Shown here: piece by piece, positions 38,513-50,400 of the stretch | Layout: each line of letters begins with the position of its first letter | How positions within the stretch are numbered: position 1 is the stretch's first letter | Source of the DNA: Monocercomonoides exilis PA203 | Taxonomy: Eukaryota > Protista > Preaxostyla | Assembly (NCBI GenBank): GCA_001643675.2 | Contig: LSRY02000005.1 | Location: forward strand, 124,001 to 188,000 | Direction: 5' to 3' | DNA length: 64,000 nt | The notes under the pieces: generated by a model | Told to the model about the DNA's origin: nothing | Databases searched by the model: none | What the model saw: only the letters and a program-made list of their open reading frames with translations | Position numbers and translations under genes: made by a program

Positions 38513-41277
38513 TTATTTAGAAACTGATCCATCTTCACCGGAAAAAGCTAAATCTTCCGAGCGCATCAACTCAGCAGCCAAGCTGCTCAATTCGCCATCA
38601 CTATCTGCGTCTGCTTTCGCACTTCTTTGTTCATTGCTGCGAGGGAAAATGATATCCCTGCTGCAAAATATGAACATGTGATAATCCTCAAGAAACCTGA
38701 TTATGAGAAAATACGATGAAGCGCATAAAAACAAATAGAAGAATATAATGAACGTTTAAAAATATATATAAATATTAACAAAAATTAAATGTAATTATTA
38801 TGATCATCAATCAAAAACATCAATTATAAACAATAAAAATACACACTTCGTCAAATGACGTGAATACTTCAAAATTCTTTTTATTTCCTTATTGTTTTCT
38901 GTCATTTTATAGTCGCACAGAATTTCAGGTATTCTGAGAACGAGCCGGAGCAAATGCTCACCACCGTAGATGTCAGAAAAGTTCTTGGCCTCTTTTGGAA
39001 TGTCGCCAATGTTTGTAACAGAAGATAGAATTTGCGTGGGATAAATCACTGTGTTCAACTCTTCTGCTGCGTGTACCACACCAGTCGGAGGGAAAAGAAA
39101 GTTCATGTTAGTTTTGTAAGTAAAAGAGGAAGAGGAAGAAGACGAGGACGAAGATGAATCAGATGACTCGTCAGAAATTGATTCTTCTTCGATATCCATT
39201 CTGTTGTCTTCTTCTGGAGCCATTTCATTTGTGGATGCATCAACAACATCATCAACATCATCAACATCATCAACAGTCATTTCAATGCTGGCCATTTCTC
39301 TGCTTATGTTGTCTATGCTGGAGACTTCTGTGCTTGTCACTTCTGCGTGAGTAACTTCAGAAATAGATGCCATGCTCGACTCAGATGAGTCCTGTTGCAC
39401 TTCAATTGATTGCTCAGCCATCGGAACAGAAGCAGACTCAATTTGAGTGGAAGGCGCAGAAGCTGCCAGTTGTGCAGGTACAGGCGCAGGCTCAATTGCA
39501 GTGGTAGCGGCAGTTGCAGTGGCAGCTGTCGGACGGCGAACAGGTAAAATGCGCAGCCTGACCGGAATTTGAACTTTTGGCTGTCCTGTTTGTGCATTCT
39601 GTGCTGCCTGAGGTGAAGCAGCAGAAGCTCCGCGTTGAATGCCTGTTCTCGTCGCCATTTCTTCAGGTGAGATTTCAATCAGCCTCATCCTCTTCGACGT
39701 TCCTGAGTCTGTTTGTGTTCGGCCATCAGCCAACTCAGAGGAAGGAATATGCCCATAAGACATACTTGAGTCTGGCGGAGTAACTGAAGCAAAGCCAGAA
39801 GCAGTTGAACGAGAACCAGATGCTCTGAGCAACTTCGCGTTTGCTTTCCTCTTCTTCGCATCCAACAATTGCTGAATGTTGATTGGTGGTTCCTTGTCTC
39901 GACTTCTCACCACATGTGTTTTGTCCCCCTTCCACACAAGGCCAGGTCCTCTGTTTCGGGCGAGCTTCAGATAGATCTGCTTTGCTTGCTCAATTTCTGG
40001 CTCCATCGTCAGCAGTGGCACAAGGAACTTGTCAAACGAACGCTTCATCCACACAGCAAACTCGAAATACGGAGTGTGAATATATGGCTCAGCTTCTGAC
40101 GCTTCAATTGGATTCTCAATTTCTTCTTCTTCGTCAAAGGATGACAATGGCGTTGCATTATTGGTAAAAACAAAGTTTGTAGCTGCAGCAGTCGATGCGC
40201 CGGAAGTAGAAGAAAATGAGGAAGAGGAGGAAGATGATAGCGAAGAGGTTGAAGAAGCAGGAGAAGGCATAGGTGAGGTTGAAATGGTTGTGGGTGTGTG
40301 TGTGGTTGTGAAAGGAGAAGTTGATTGTGTAGATGAAGGCGCACAGGCACTTGCGGTGCTGCTTGTCGCAAAAGTGGATGCTGGATGAAGCAAATTATGC
40401 TCTAATCCAGTTTGGGCAGTTGTTGTGTTGGATTGACCAGATGTTCTAAGCTCAAACTGATTGACTTCAACGCTTGCTGAAGTAATATTTGCAGATGTTG
40501 AATTTTGAGAGCATAAAGCACCGCTTGTGGTGCTACCGGTAGTGGAACCGGGTATGCTGTTCCTCCGTCTGTTAGGTAATGAATTTTTGATTATTCCGTA
40601 CAACTCGTTTATTTCCGATTGATCAAATATCGTTTCTGTTATATGGTCCATTAAATCATTTGCATTTTGTTCTTCCCATAAAACAAAGTTCCATAAAATG
40701 GTACTAACTGAAGGTGTTCTTGGAAGTGGTATGAGCTTTTACAAACAATAAAAAAGAATTGAATATCAAAATAACCAGTAATGAATAAATTTTAACATTT
40801 TGATATATAAACCTTGTCATCAGTTGAAATAGAAAGATAATCCCGAATGACTCTTGATTTCAGATTTGAAGTCAGAAGATAATTCATGCAACGGTATGGC
40901 TATTTGGTTTAATTGAATACTTTAAAGATGAATGACATCAAATATATGCAAACTGAAGGTTTTTCCTTTTTTGAAGTGAACAAAGGGCGCTTCCAAGAAA
41001 TTGAGAAATAGCTTCTTCCACCCTTTGAATTTTTGCGTTTCCTCGAATAAACAATGCTTCTTTTTTTCTCTGTTTAATTTCATATTAATAATTTGGTGAA
41101 AATATGAATAGATTTAAAGAAAAATTCAAGCGTTTTGTGATTTATAAACACCTTTATTGTTTCTCATTAATTGTTCTCCAATGCGCTCTCTAGGAGCTTC
41201 ATTAGGAAAAGGATATTTATCGTCTTTGATATTCATTAATAGTTGATTGCTGATGTCCAATACTTTGCATACATAAA
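38513..41277 (-). CDS. MRG-domain chromatin protein (MRG15/Eaf3 family); 5' end unresolved
   Basis: MRG-like blocks: LKSRVIRDYLSISTDDK|LIPLPRTPSVSTIL, WMKRSFDKFLVPLL, FSDIYGGEHLLRLVLRIPEIL, and final exon FLEDY. Inferred exons 41277-41150, 41069-40954, 40899-40813, 40735-38847, 38696-38513. The start codon was not identified. Confidence 0.75.
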
Positions 41278-42420
41278 CTATTTAAACAATTTTCCTGGTT
41301 ATGGGAATAAATTTGAAATCATTATAGGGTATTTCACATCCACCAGGTTCGTGTTTATTCAATTTGAACTGTATATTTAAAGAGAAAATGTTAATATTAA
41401 TTTTTTTTACAAATATTCAAGTTTTAAAGTTATTTGATCTTTAAATATCATGCACAATGATTTTTTTGAATTCTGTAATTATAAATGTTTAGAAAATAAT
41501 GGATATGAAAAACTGTATTCTTTGCAATGATTGAAGAAAAAATTGGAATCAAAAATGAACTTTTTTCGTTTCTTTTGAAATAACCGATTTTTATTTCTTT
41601 TCTCACACTCTATGGGTTCCAATTTTTATTCTATGTGTCTGATCAAATAACCATTATTAAGAACAAAATGTCGAAAAACCTGTCAAGTCTAAATCAAATT
41701 GTGGATAATTGAAAAAATAATGATATAAATTTGAAAATTACATATTCTCGGCTTGGACATCACTGCAATATTTAATGAATTCGAATATTGATGATTGCAA
41801 AATGATATTTTTTTAGAAAAAACAAAATAATTATTGAAAAAGTTGAAAAAAAATGAATTTTGTTTTTTATAATTTCATAAAATAATAATTATTATTACAA
41901 TTGAATGTGTGCAATTTGCGCACAATCGATTCGGAAATTTTAAATGAATGTGATTTGTTTTTTGAATTATTTGAAAAAGGCGACAGTGTTTTGCAATAAA
42001 ACTGAAAAATGGAAAAATATTAGCTTCGGAGTGAAAAAACAAATACTGCATTTTAAAATACAATAACTTATTGAATTAACAAGTGTGAATCTTTTTGATT
42101 TAAGAAAATTTTCCTGTGTGTTGATTAAAAAAAAGGTTTTTGTCATCAGAAAAATGTTTTTCAAAAAAATAGCTAATTTGTTTTGTGAAAATTTCAATTT
42201 GATTCCTTTTCAAATAAAACAAAAATATTATATTTTCATAAATTTTCTGTTCCCACTCACTTATCTTCACTGAAATGGTAATATTAACATTGTTAAGGGA
42301 TTGCTTCCATTTTTGTCAAGTTGTATTTGAGGGAACAGATAATTAATGATGATAAGAATTTTTTTTTATTATTCGAAAATCTTAACAAAAGGAAGTTTTC
42401 AAAAAAAAAAAAAAATAGGC

Positions 42421-42670
42421 CATATGGGTGATTCTTTTTGAAAAGTTCCAAATGTTTAATTTTCAGATAAATCAAAATTTTCATATTTTGCTTTAATTTC
42501 TGTTTCTCCTCACGAATCTTCTTAAGAATGTTTGAAATAGCATTATCAAGATATTGATTCCATATTTGTGAAGTTTGGTGTTCACGGACAAAATTTTCAT
42601 AAAAATATGAAATTATTGATTTATTTGAAAATTAAACTTTTGCCACTTTTCAAAAAGAATCACTCATATG
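42421..42670. mobile_element. Foldback/MITE-like element (family A, copy 2)
   Basis: 42421-42489 and 42601-42670 are inverted repeats. The arm sequence TTTTTGAAAAGTTCC..TGTTTAATTTTCA...TCATATTT.G...AATTTCTGTT resembles 10963-11030. Confidence 0.7.
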
Positions 42671-43702
42671 TTCATAAAATGAAGATTCGTTTTTGTGATT
42701 TGAAAACAAACATGATGAATGTTTTCTGAAAAAGAAGAACATTTTCATCCTTGAAATCCTATTATTTTCTTATGAATTTTCCTCACCTTGTTAAATCGTG
42801 CATAATTCAATCTGGAAATAAGTATTTAATCAGTTTCCTAAACTGAATACATATATTTTTCACTCTGAATGAATTTATGTATGCACTTTTGGAATTTTTT
42901 GATAGGCTTATTAGTGTTGTTCAGAATAAATTTTAAGATCAATGACTATTCTTAATTGAAATGTGCATAATTAACGCTGTCAAGTGAATTCATTAAAAAA
43001 TTATAAGTTTTCCATGATAATGATTTTTTCTGAAGAATCAGAAAATTTCATGTTTATTGACAAATAATAAAAATCCGGGATGTATTTCTCGTCCTTTTCA
43101 CGAATAATTACAAAATATCAAAAATTTGTCACTTTTATATGCTCAGCCAAAAACCAACTTTTCACAAATAATTTTTTTTTCAAAAAATATTCAATTAATT
43201 ATAAATTGAATAAGAAGTTTTCAAATTTCGAATGATAAGTTTATTGATTTCAAATAATAAGTTTCAGAACGTTGAATAATGAGTTTGCCAAATTTGAATA
43301 ATAAATGATGGATATAAAAAAAAAATGCAATAAAGAATTTTGTTTTTTTGAAAAAATGACATTCACAATTTTAACCAAATTTTGAACTTATATGTGAACA
43401 ATGAACTCAAATGAATGATATTACACTAATCGATATCATATATATTTATATTTTTTTGAAACTTTGAACAACAAAAAAATGAAATGATAAAGATGAAGAT
43501 TCAAAAGATACTCTTTTTCCGTTTGTTTATTCTGACTTATTTCTATTTTATAATATTCTGCGGAATCATATGTTGAATTTCAATAACGAATAAAGATATG
43601 AATTTGATAATTCATTCCCATTAGTTAATTACAAGAATTTTAATTTTGATTTTTTTCTTTTTCAACTAAAAATATTGTGTTAAAGAGCATAATATTTAGC
43701 TT

Positions 43703-45994
43703 ATGCTTTTTTATTTAATATATATTTTTCGGGAGGTTTGTAAAATTTGCACAATTTGAAAGTCTTTTTTTCTTTCATTTATATGCTTCTTCTTAGGCTC
43801 TCATGTACTCTCCAACAATTGACACAAATGATAACCGTATGTATTGATATTGCTGTCTTTATGATGTTATTTTTAATCTATTTTTTAAAATTTCTAGAGA
43901 TTGGAAATTGTACTTGTGATTTAACTCCTGAAAAATGTGACATTCTGTGTGGATGTGATCCGTATTGTTCAGATTATTTGCCATCATTTCCTTTTGTATT
44001 TCCTAATCATCCCAACGCTAAGTTTGAGTTTTTTTTAAATTTTTATGAACAACCAACTATATGTTTTCATTTCATATTTGCTTTGAATTTATTTCTAGAA
44101 AAACAATTCTGTGCAATGAAACAGACTTTGTGAGAAAAATTAATGTTCCCTCATCAGATTTCAAATGGGGAAGCGTTCTGGAAACTCAGTTTTGCGTTCA
44201 GTTTAACAATAGTATTGTTGTTCTTTTTTAGAAAAAAATAAAGCTAACAATATTTTCAGATCCATCTCTTGGATACAAGTATAAAGATATCGTTTTAAAG
44301 GAAAAACTAAGTACAGACGAAGTGTGAAAGAATATTTTACAATATTTTTTTATCCTCTGTTATAGATCAACACTGAATTGGATAAAGCAATAAAAACGAC
44401 TAATCTTACAAAAATAGCAAATGACATTGGAGACAATACCGAACATTATATTGTTTGATATTCATTCAATTTTCACGATTATTAAAGCATGATTCTTTTT
44501 TTTTTTCGATTTGAATTATTTTAAAATGTGCTTTATGATTTAAAAAAACTCATGAAAAGTTCGGAGATTCCCTTCGAGATAGTAGTGAGCAAGCACAATT
44601 CGTAGGAATATCTCCGTTTGGAACATGCCAAATAAGAAGAGGAATTCTTGGTTTGATTTTTAAAATTATAGAGAAAGGCTTATCGTTTTTTTCTTATGCG
44701 ATTCTTGTGATGCTTTTATAAGATTTTGGACGAGAGCAAACGTTAATTTGCAGCCAATCACCAACAACTCCAATTACAATCACAGACATAACAGGCACTT
44801 TTCTTTCTTCAATCACAACTGTTTGATTCATCTTCCAAAATCTTTAATAATTTAAAAGTTTAAAAATTTCTTCTTTCTTTTTTTGCGTACTTTTTTCATC
44901 AATTGAACCAAAGAAAAAAGGGCTGCCCGATCCCATTACAAACATCACAGCTCGCGTTCGCGCAGATTCAGGGAGTGCGACCAATGCTCTTGATAAAGTG
45001 CAAATCCGGTATGTTTTTAGCTTCTTTCAAACATTCATGTTTCTGGACAATCTTTATTTTCTCTCTGTATCAAACAACAACAAAATTTCACAAAGCTTTT
45101 TATACGAAATGCCCGGGAGCATCCACTCAGTTGATGTTCTCTACGGGCACCACAAAGACAGCCAGTCCCTCCAAACCACCATTGAAGTGCTGTGGTCTCC
45201 GTATGTCGATCCTTCGGGAAGGCCGCAGCCATTTCCCGCTTCAGGCGCCCCTGGGTATCTTGGAGGATGGCCAGTCATCGCTTCCTCGTCGAGCTCTGCT
45301 CCGTTTGCGATCGACTCAGCAGACGAAGGGGCGATGAAAGTGACGGCGACACAATCGACAGGGACGGAAGAGCACATCATCCGCTTTGGCTGCGACATGA
45401 GAATCAGCGTGGAAGACCCGGCTGTGGCTGATGTTGACAGCGCATTCTCGTTCGTCTCTGCAAATGGCGAGTTCGCAGCTGTGTCCTCATTCGGCGTTGC
45501 GTCGGTTGACAACGACGACGATTGGGTGCCCATCATCGAAGGAAGCACTGACTGCAAAACAAACGGCGATGTTTGCGTTGGGATTGAGCTTCAATTTCTC
45601 ACAGTTTGTGATTCTATTAACAAATTGTTTCATTAAAAAATTATTTTTTAAAAATTTGTTTTCTTTCAATAAACTTTTTCATTTTTTTTTAAATAAGGAA
45701 AATGCTGGATTTTCTATCAATCCCCAGCCACGAATACTTGGCGTGCGCAAGAGCTATGTTGGAGTGAGTTCAGCAACAGCCAGTGCGATGCATCATTTCT
45801 ATTGCAGCGTCTCTTTCAACACACTCGCAGGCCAAGCTATCTCAGAGGTTGTTCCTGGACCACCAAGCGTTTTCCGGCTTCCTGAAGATATTTTATATCC
45901 CTTCAGAAGCGCAGGCTCACATCACAAGCCTATTCAATTCACATCGCTTTGCTTGGTAATTGCTTCTCTTCTAACTCTCATGTGGAACTTCTGA
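43703..45994 (+). CDS. Tectonic family ciliary transition-zone protein, many short exons
   Basis: N-terminal CTCDLTPEKCDILCGCDPYC, SGAPGYLGGWPV (tectonic SGNPGY-like), and C-terminal PPSVFRLPEDILYPF followed by a hydrophobic tail. The first exon 43703-43735 (MLFYLIYIFRE) splices to ALMYSPTIDTND. The last exons are ~44914-45008, 45096-45603 and 45698-45994. Middle exons are approximate. Confidence 0.85.
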
Positions 45995-46328
45995 ATATAA
46001 CTGACTTCCAATACACTTTTTCTTTTTCCTTTGATTTTTATCAACTTTTTAAATTACACTTCATTCGTTCATCAACATGCTCAGCGCCATAAAAAAATAA
46101 TGATATGAATTACATATCGAGATGTATTCTGTCTTAAAAAAAAAAACAAAAATGAGTTCAATTAAAAACTTGCCAATTCGAAAAAGTTTATTTATCTTAA
46201 TTTATCAAATGTGTTGCTTGAGGGAGAGAAAGAGAGATGCGACATCCGTCAAAGCAATCAATAAGCCCGTTTTTTATTATTTAAACAAGTATGAATCGAA
46301 GTTAGAAAAATTGTGAACACAAGAACAG

Positions 46329-47174
46329 TTAGATCTCCTCTTGAGATTTTCTAACAGTGCGTGCCACTCTCTTTTTGAACTCCGATGTATTTGATCTCCA
46401 CATAACCTTGTTATAACAAAAGAAAAAAATAAATCAAAACGCCAGGTTATTTGAAAAAAATACAAATAATAATTACAAACTGCTGCATCAACATTAGCGG
46501 GGCTCTGAACATAAGATAATGAAACATTTAATATAATATATATCAAATTCATAAAACTAATAAAAAAAAACACACTTGATCGTTAGGCTCTCCAAGCATT
46601 GATTGAACACATATAAGGATTGATTCAACTGAATTAATTGGGCGCCATCTTTCTGAAGACTGCTCATATCCCCATTGATCCTCTCCCGGCGCGTGAAGAA
46701 TAGAAATGCACACACGTCCGTCAGGATAAACTTTGAAAAAGAAAAAGAATAAAACAATATACTTTTTTTAAAATACAAACTATTTGGATGCCACATTTCC
46801 GATGTGAATTTCATTCTCGGTGGATAATTTGGATATTCATCAGAAAATTCAAGTACTGCTTGAAACAGTCCTTCTGCGTACGGAGTTTCAGGTGGGCCCG
46901 TAATGCACACAGCCCATCTGAAAATATTTGAATCATCTACAAGTCCAACAGATATACCTAAAAGGCAAGAAAAATAAAAGATATCAACATGATTATTATC
47001 AAGAAATATTCTAGAAAAAATGCATCAGCTAATACCTTCGATTGGATGCTTGTTAAGTTCGACAAGTTCTCTGCGAAGATGAATTGCAGCAACAGAAGTT
47101 GCTGAACCTGATCCAAATACACGATCATCCTTTTTTGCAAGTGGATCCAGGGCCTGTGCTTTTGGTTGTGCCAT
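46329..47174 (-). CDS. Ubiquitin-conjugating enzyme E2, Ubc7/UBE2G type (acidic loop), 5 exons
   Basis: Exons 47174-47036, 46957-46781, 46730-46576, 46504-46481, 46406-46329 give ...[35 protein letters not shown]...[17 protein letters not shown]...EEI*. This includes the HPN motif, the catalytic Cys and the Ubc7/Cdc34-type loop insertion. Confidence 0.93.
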
Positions 47175-47416
47175 TTACTTGATTTTATAAAGTGTTAAAA
47201 GGAAAAGAAATAAAAGCAGGTAAATTTTGATCTTAAAACCCTTATTGTTTTAAGAGTTAGTCATTAACTTTCCTGCCTTTCTAATAATAGCAATTATCAT
47301 TCTTAAATTAAAAATTGTACTCGAATAAAATATGCTCAAATAAAAAACAACAAGAATGCGTTGCGAAATGATAAATACAAATAAATAATATGAAAATGGA
47401 GGATAAAAAATATCAA

Positions 47417-50400
47417 TTACATAAATTCGGAATCATCCCACCGAAGAGAATGTTTTGGTAACAAAGAAACGTGATGCACATACGAAGATTTAAGCGAGTT
47501 ATGTATTTTTCTTTCGCAATTTGAACAAAGACGAAGAGGGCGGCGTGATTTTTTCGAATCAAGAACACAGCAGTTAGAACATTCGAGCGAAGCTGCTTCG
47601 ATGCAGCATACATCACAAGCAAGCAAAATAGTGGTAGAGAACGAAGAAGCACTAGCAGCGCGGAAACTGTCAGCGGAAGCAGGTGCCGAAGGATCTGCTT
47701 CAGGAATGCAAGAAATGTATGCCTGGTGCTGAAGAGAGTGCTCCTTCATGCAGCACGCACAAAGAGAAACAGAACAAACATCACAGACACACAGCTGGCG
47801 CTGTATTGGAGACTTGTCCCACTGCAACGCATCCTTAACAACCACTCCTTTTGCACTTTGCTCTTTCACAACCAGTTTTCCGTGCTTGTAAAGCACAAGT
47901 TCATCTTCTGAACTTAAATACTGTGAACTGCTTGTAACTTCAACGTTATTTTTACTCGTTTCATTCTCGCTTTTTATCACATCATCTTCCATCAATGATG
48001 AAGATGCTTCTATTTCTGCACTACAACTAGCAGCACACTTTGTTGATGTAGGAGAATCAAAACGATCAGTTGAAAGGCTTTTTGAGGATTCATCAGAACT
48101 TTTAGATGAAAAGTACTTTCTCGATGAAATGCCATCGCTTGTGATGTGTTTTTTCAGCAGCGGTGTTTGAGAAGTCGCAGAGTCAACAGTTCGAATTGAG
48201 GAGCAGGAAGACAGAGACGAAAGAGAAGCTAAAGAAACGACTGATGCAGAGAGACAAAGCTCTTGTTTGTCTTCAATGTTTTGTTTGCTTTTGTTTTTGC
48301 TGTTTGCACTTTCCATTTCATCAGAGTCATCTTCTCTGCTGCTGTCTGAATCATCTTCGGAAGAGCTTTCAGATTTTGCGTCTTCATCGCTATCACTCGA
48401 AGAATCACCTGAAGAGTCATATGAAGAGTCATCTGAAGAATCAGTTGAAACAGTTGATTCACTTGAGTGCTCAGAGGAACTATCGCTGCTTGTCTCGTCT
48501 GAATCTTCCTGCTCTGTCTTCTGTTTTGCAACACACTTGCTAATTTCTTTTTCTTTCTCTTTCTCTTTTTCCTCTTTTATTAATTCCATTCTTTTAATTC
48601 TTTCAATTCTGGAAGGGCACTGAAGATTGCTGCAGATCATAAGTCTGCTGCGAAAATGAGAAGCTCTTTCTTGCTTTTCAATCTCTGCCAGAATTCGCTT
48701 GACTCTTTCTCTTTGCTCATTTAAAAGAGATTCATTGTCTGATTCATCGGATGCATTTTCTGAATGGCTGTCAGAATAAACGTCGCCTTCATTCTGCTCA
48801 TCCAAAATATCCTTCATTTCGATGAGTTCATTAATCAAAATATTCCTCCTGATTTTCTCTCTTTCTTTCTGCCTTGAAAATTCCTCTCTTTTCTGCAAGA
48901 GCCAGCCATTCAACTGATTTTTCTTTATTTCATCTGCCTGCATTTGGCGGTGTGACGAGAGAGTCATCGTCACCTGGCGTCCGTCCAACGAACACGAAAC
49001 AAGAGAAGAAGTGGCCTGTGGCAGTTGCAATGAGGGCATCATCAATGAACTGGAAGAGGAAGAGGAAGAGGAAGAGGAGGAGGAGGAGGAGGAAGAGAGA
49101 TACAATTCAGGGCCATCAAGTGAATTGTGTTGAAGTAACAATGCTGTTGACTGGCGAGTATCGAAAAGCCGAGTTGATGACAGACCAGGTCCAGCACTTG
49201 GAAAAGAAGAACGATTACCCAAAGAAAGAGTTAAGCTGGCTGAGGAAGAGGACGAAGCAGAAGCAGAATCAGAAGCAGAGTAAGGCGGGCACGACAGGGA
49301 AGAAGAGTAAATTGGAGGGGCAACAAACGGAAGCGTTGCTGACTTTGTGTCTCTAACAGGTATTCGATGTTCAGAGGCAAACAGCTCTGTGCTGATCGCT
49401 TTGTCTTCTTCGTTTCTAAGCATTCGCTCTTCTTCTTCTATTTCTGCAAAATGCATAAGACAGTTTTCTATGTTTTGAGACAACGAAGAAAACTTTTTCT
49501 CTTTTTTGTGTTCCAATGCATCGCAAAACACACAGAAGTACTCTTGGCTTTCATCAGCGACTTCGTCTTGCTCATTTTCATCCATCTTTGAGGAACACTC
49601 AGAATCAAAATGCTTCTGGAGTGTTTGAATAAGACGTGCTCCTGTTGATTCCAGCTGATGTGAGTGCTGCTTGCATCTGTGTGTGACAAAGAAGAGATTG
49701 CAATGAGGACATTGCAAAGGCAGATGAGGTGGAGAAGAGCGGATTGATTGAACTGTTGCTCGAAGAAGCAGCGTCGACTTGTTGTTGAGAATGCACTTCA
49801 ACAGCGGAATTGGATATGTCGATTCAAAAGCATCCAACGGAACACAATCAGAAGGAAGCTCCGGAGTATAAAACGGCGAAAGCTCGCTTGAAGTTTCCTG
49901 TTTTGTATTATCTGCTTCAATATTTTTGTTCGTATCCACTTTGCTGTAACCAGACGAACAAGCTTTTGTATCAGCTTTTGGAGGTGAATCTTTAAACAGA
50001 GGAGAGAGCTCAGCTGAGGCAGAAAGCAAACTTATCTGCTTTTTCATTCTGCTTCCTTCAACGCAGCATCCAATCACAGAGATAAGAACCATCAAAAGCA
50101 CTGGAATAGCCATGCAGACAGTTATCACAATCAACAAATACGGCATCGTCAACGATTTGATGACAAAATTCTCAACAACAGCAGAAGTCGAAGGCAGCTG
50201 CGCAACATAAATTGTCTCATCATTCTCTGCAGAATTACCAGCCTTTGTTTTCTTTGAGGACATTGTCAACGGCACGCGATATTCAGACTTCTTCACTCGT
50301 TTGATTTGAGGTGGAAATGAAATATTTGGATGCTCTTGGTCAAAGCGAAGAGCAGACTTGAGCGAAGTGATGGAGCTCCATCGAAGTGTGGCACACACAA

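Noticed and set aside
44790-44800. Apparent GC-AG donor in the tectonic gene (CAG|GCACT)
   Set aside because: The frame stays open to a normal GTTTGA donor at 44821.
27642-45994. Flagellar gene cluster (CFAP69 plus tectonic)
   Set aside because: Two ciliary genes among nine, separated by an unrelated gene, is unremarkable for a flagellate.
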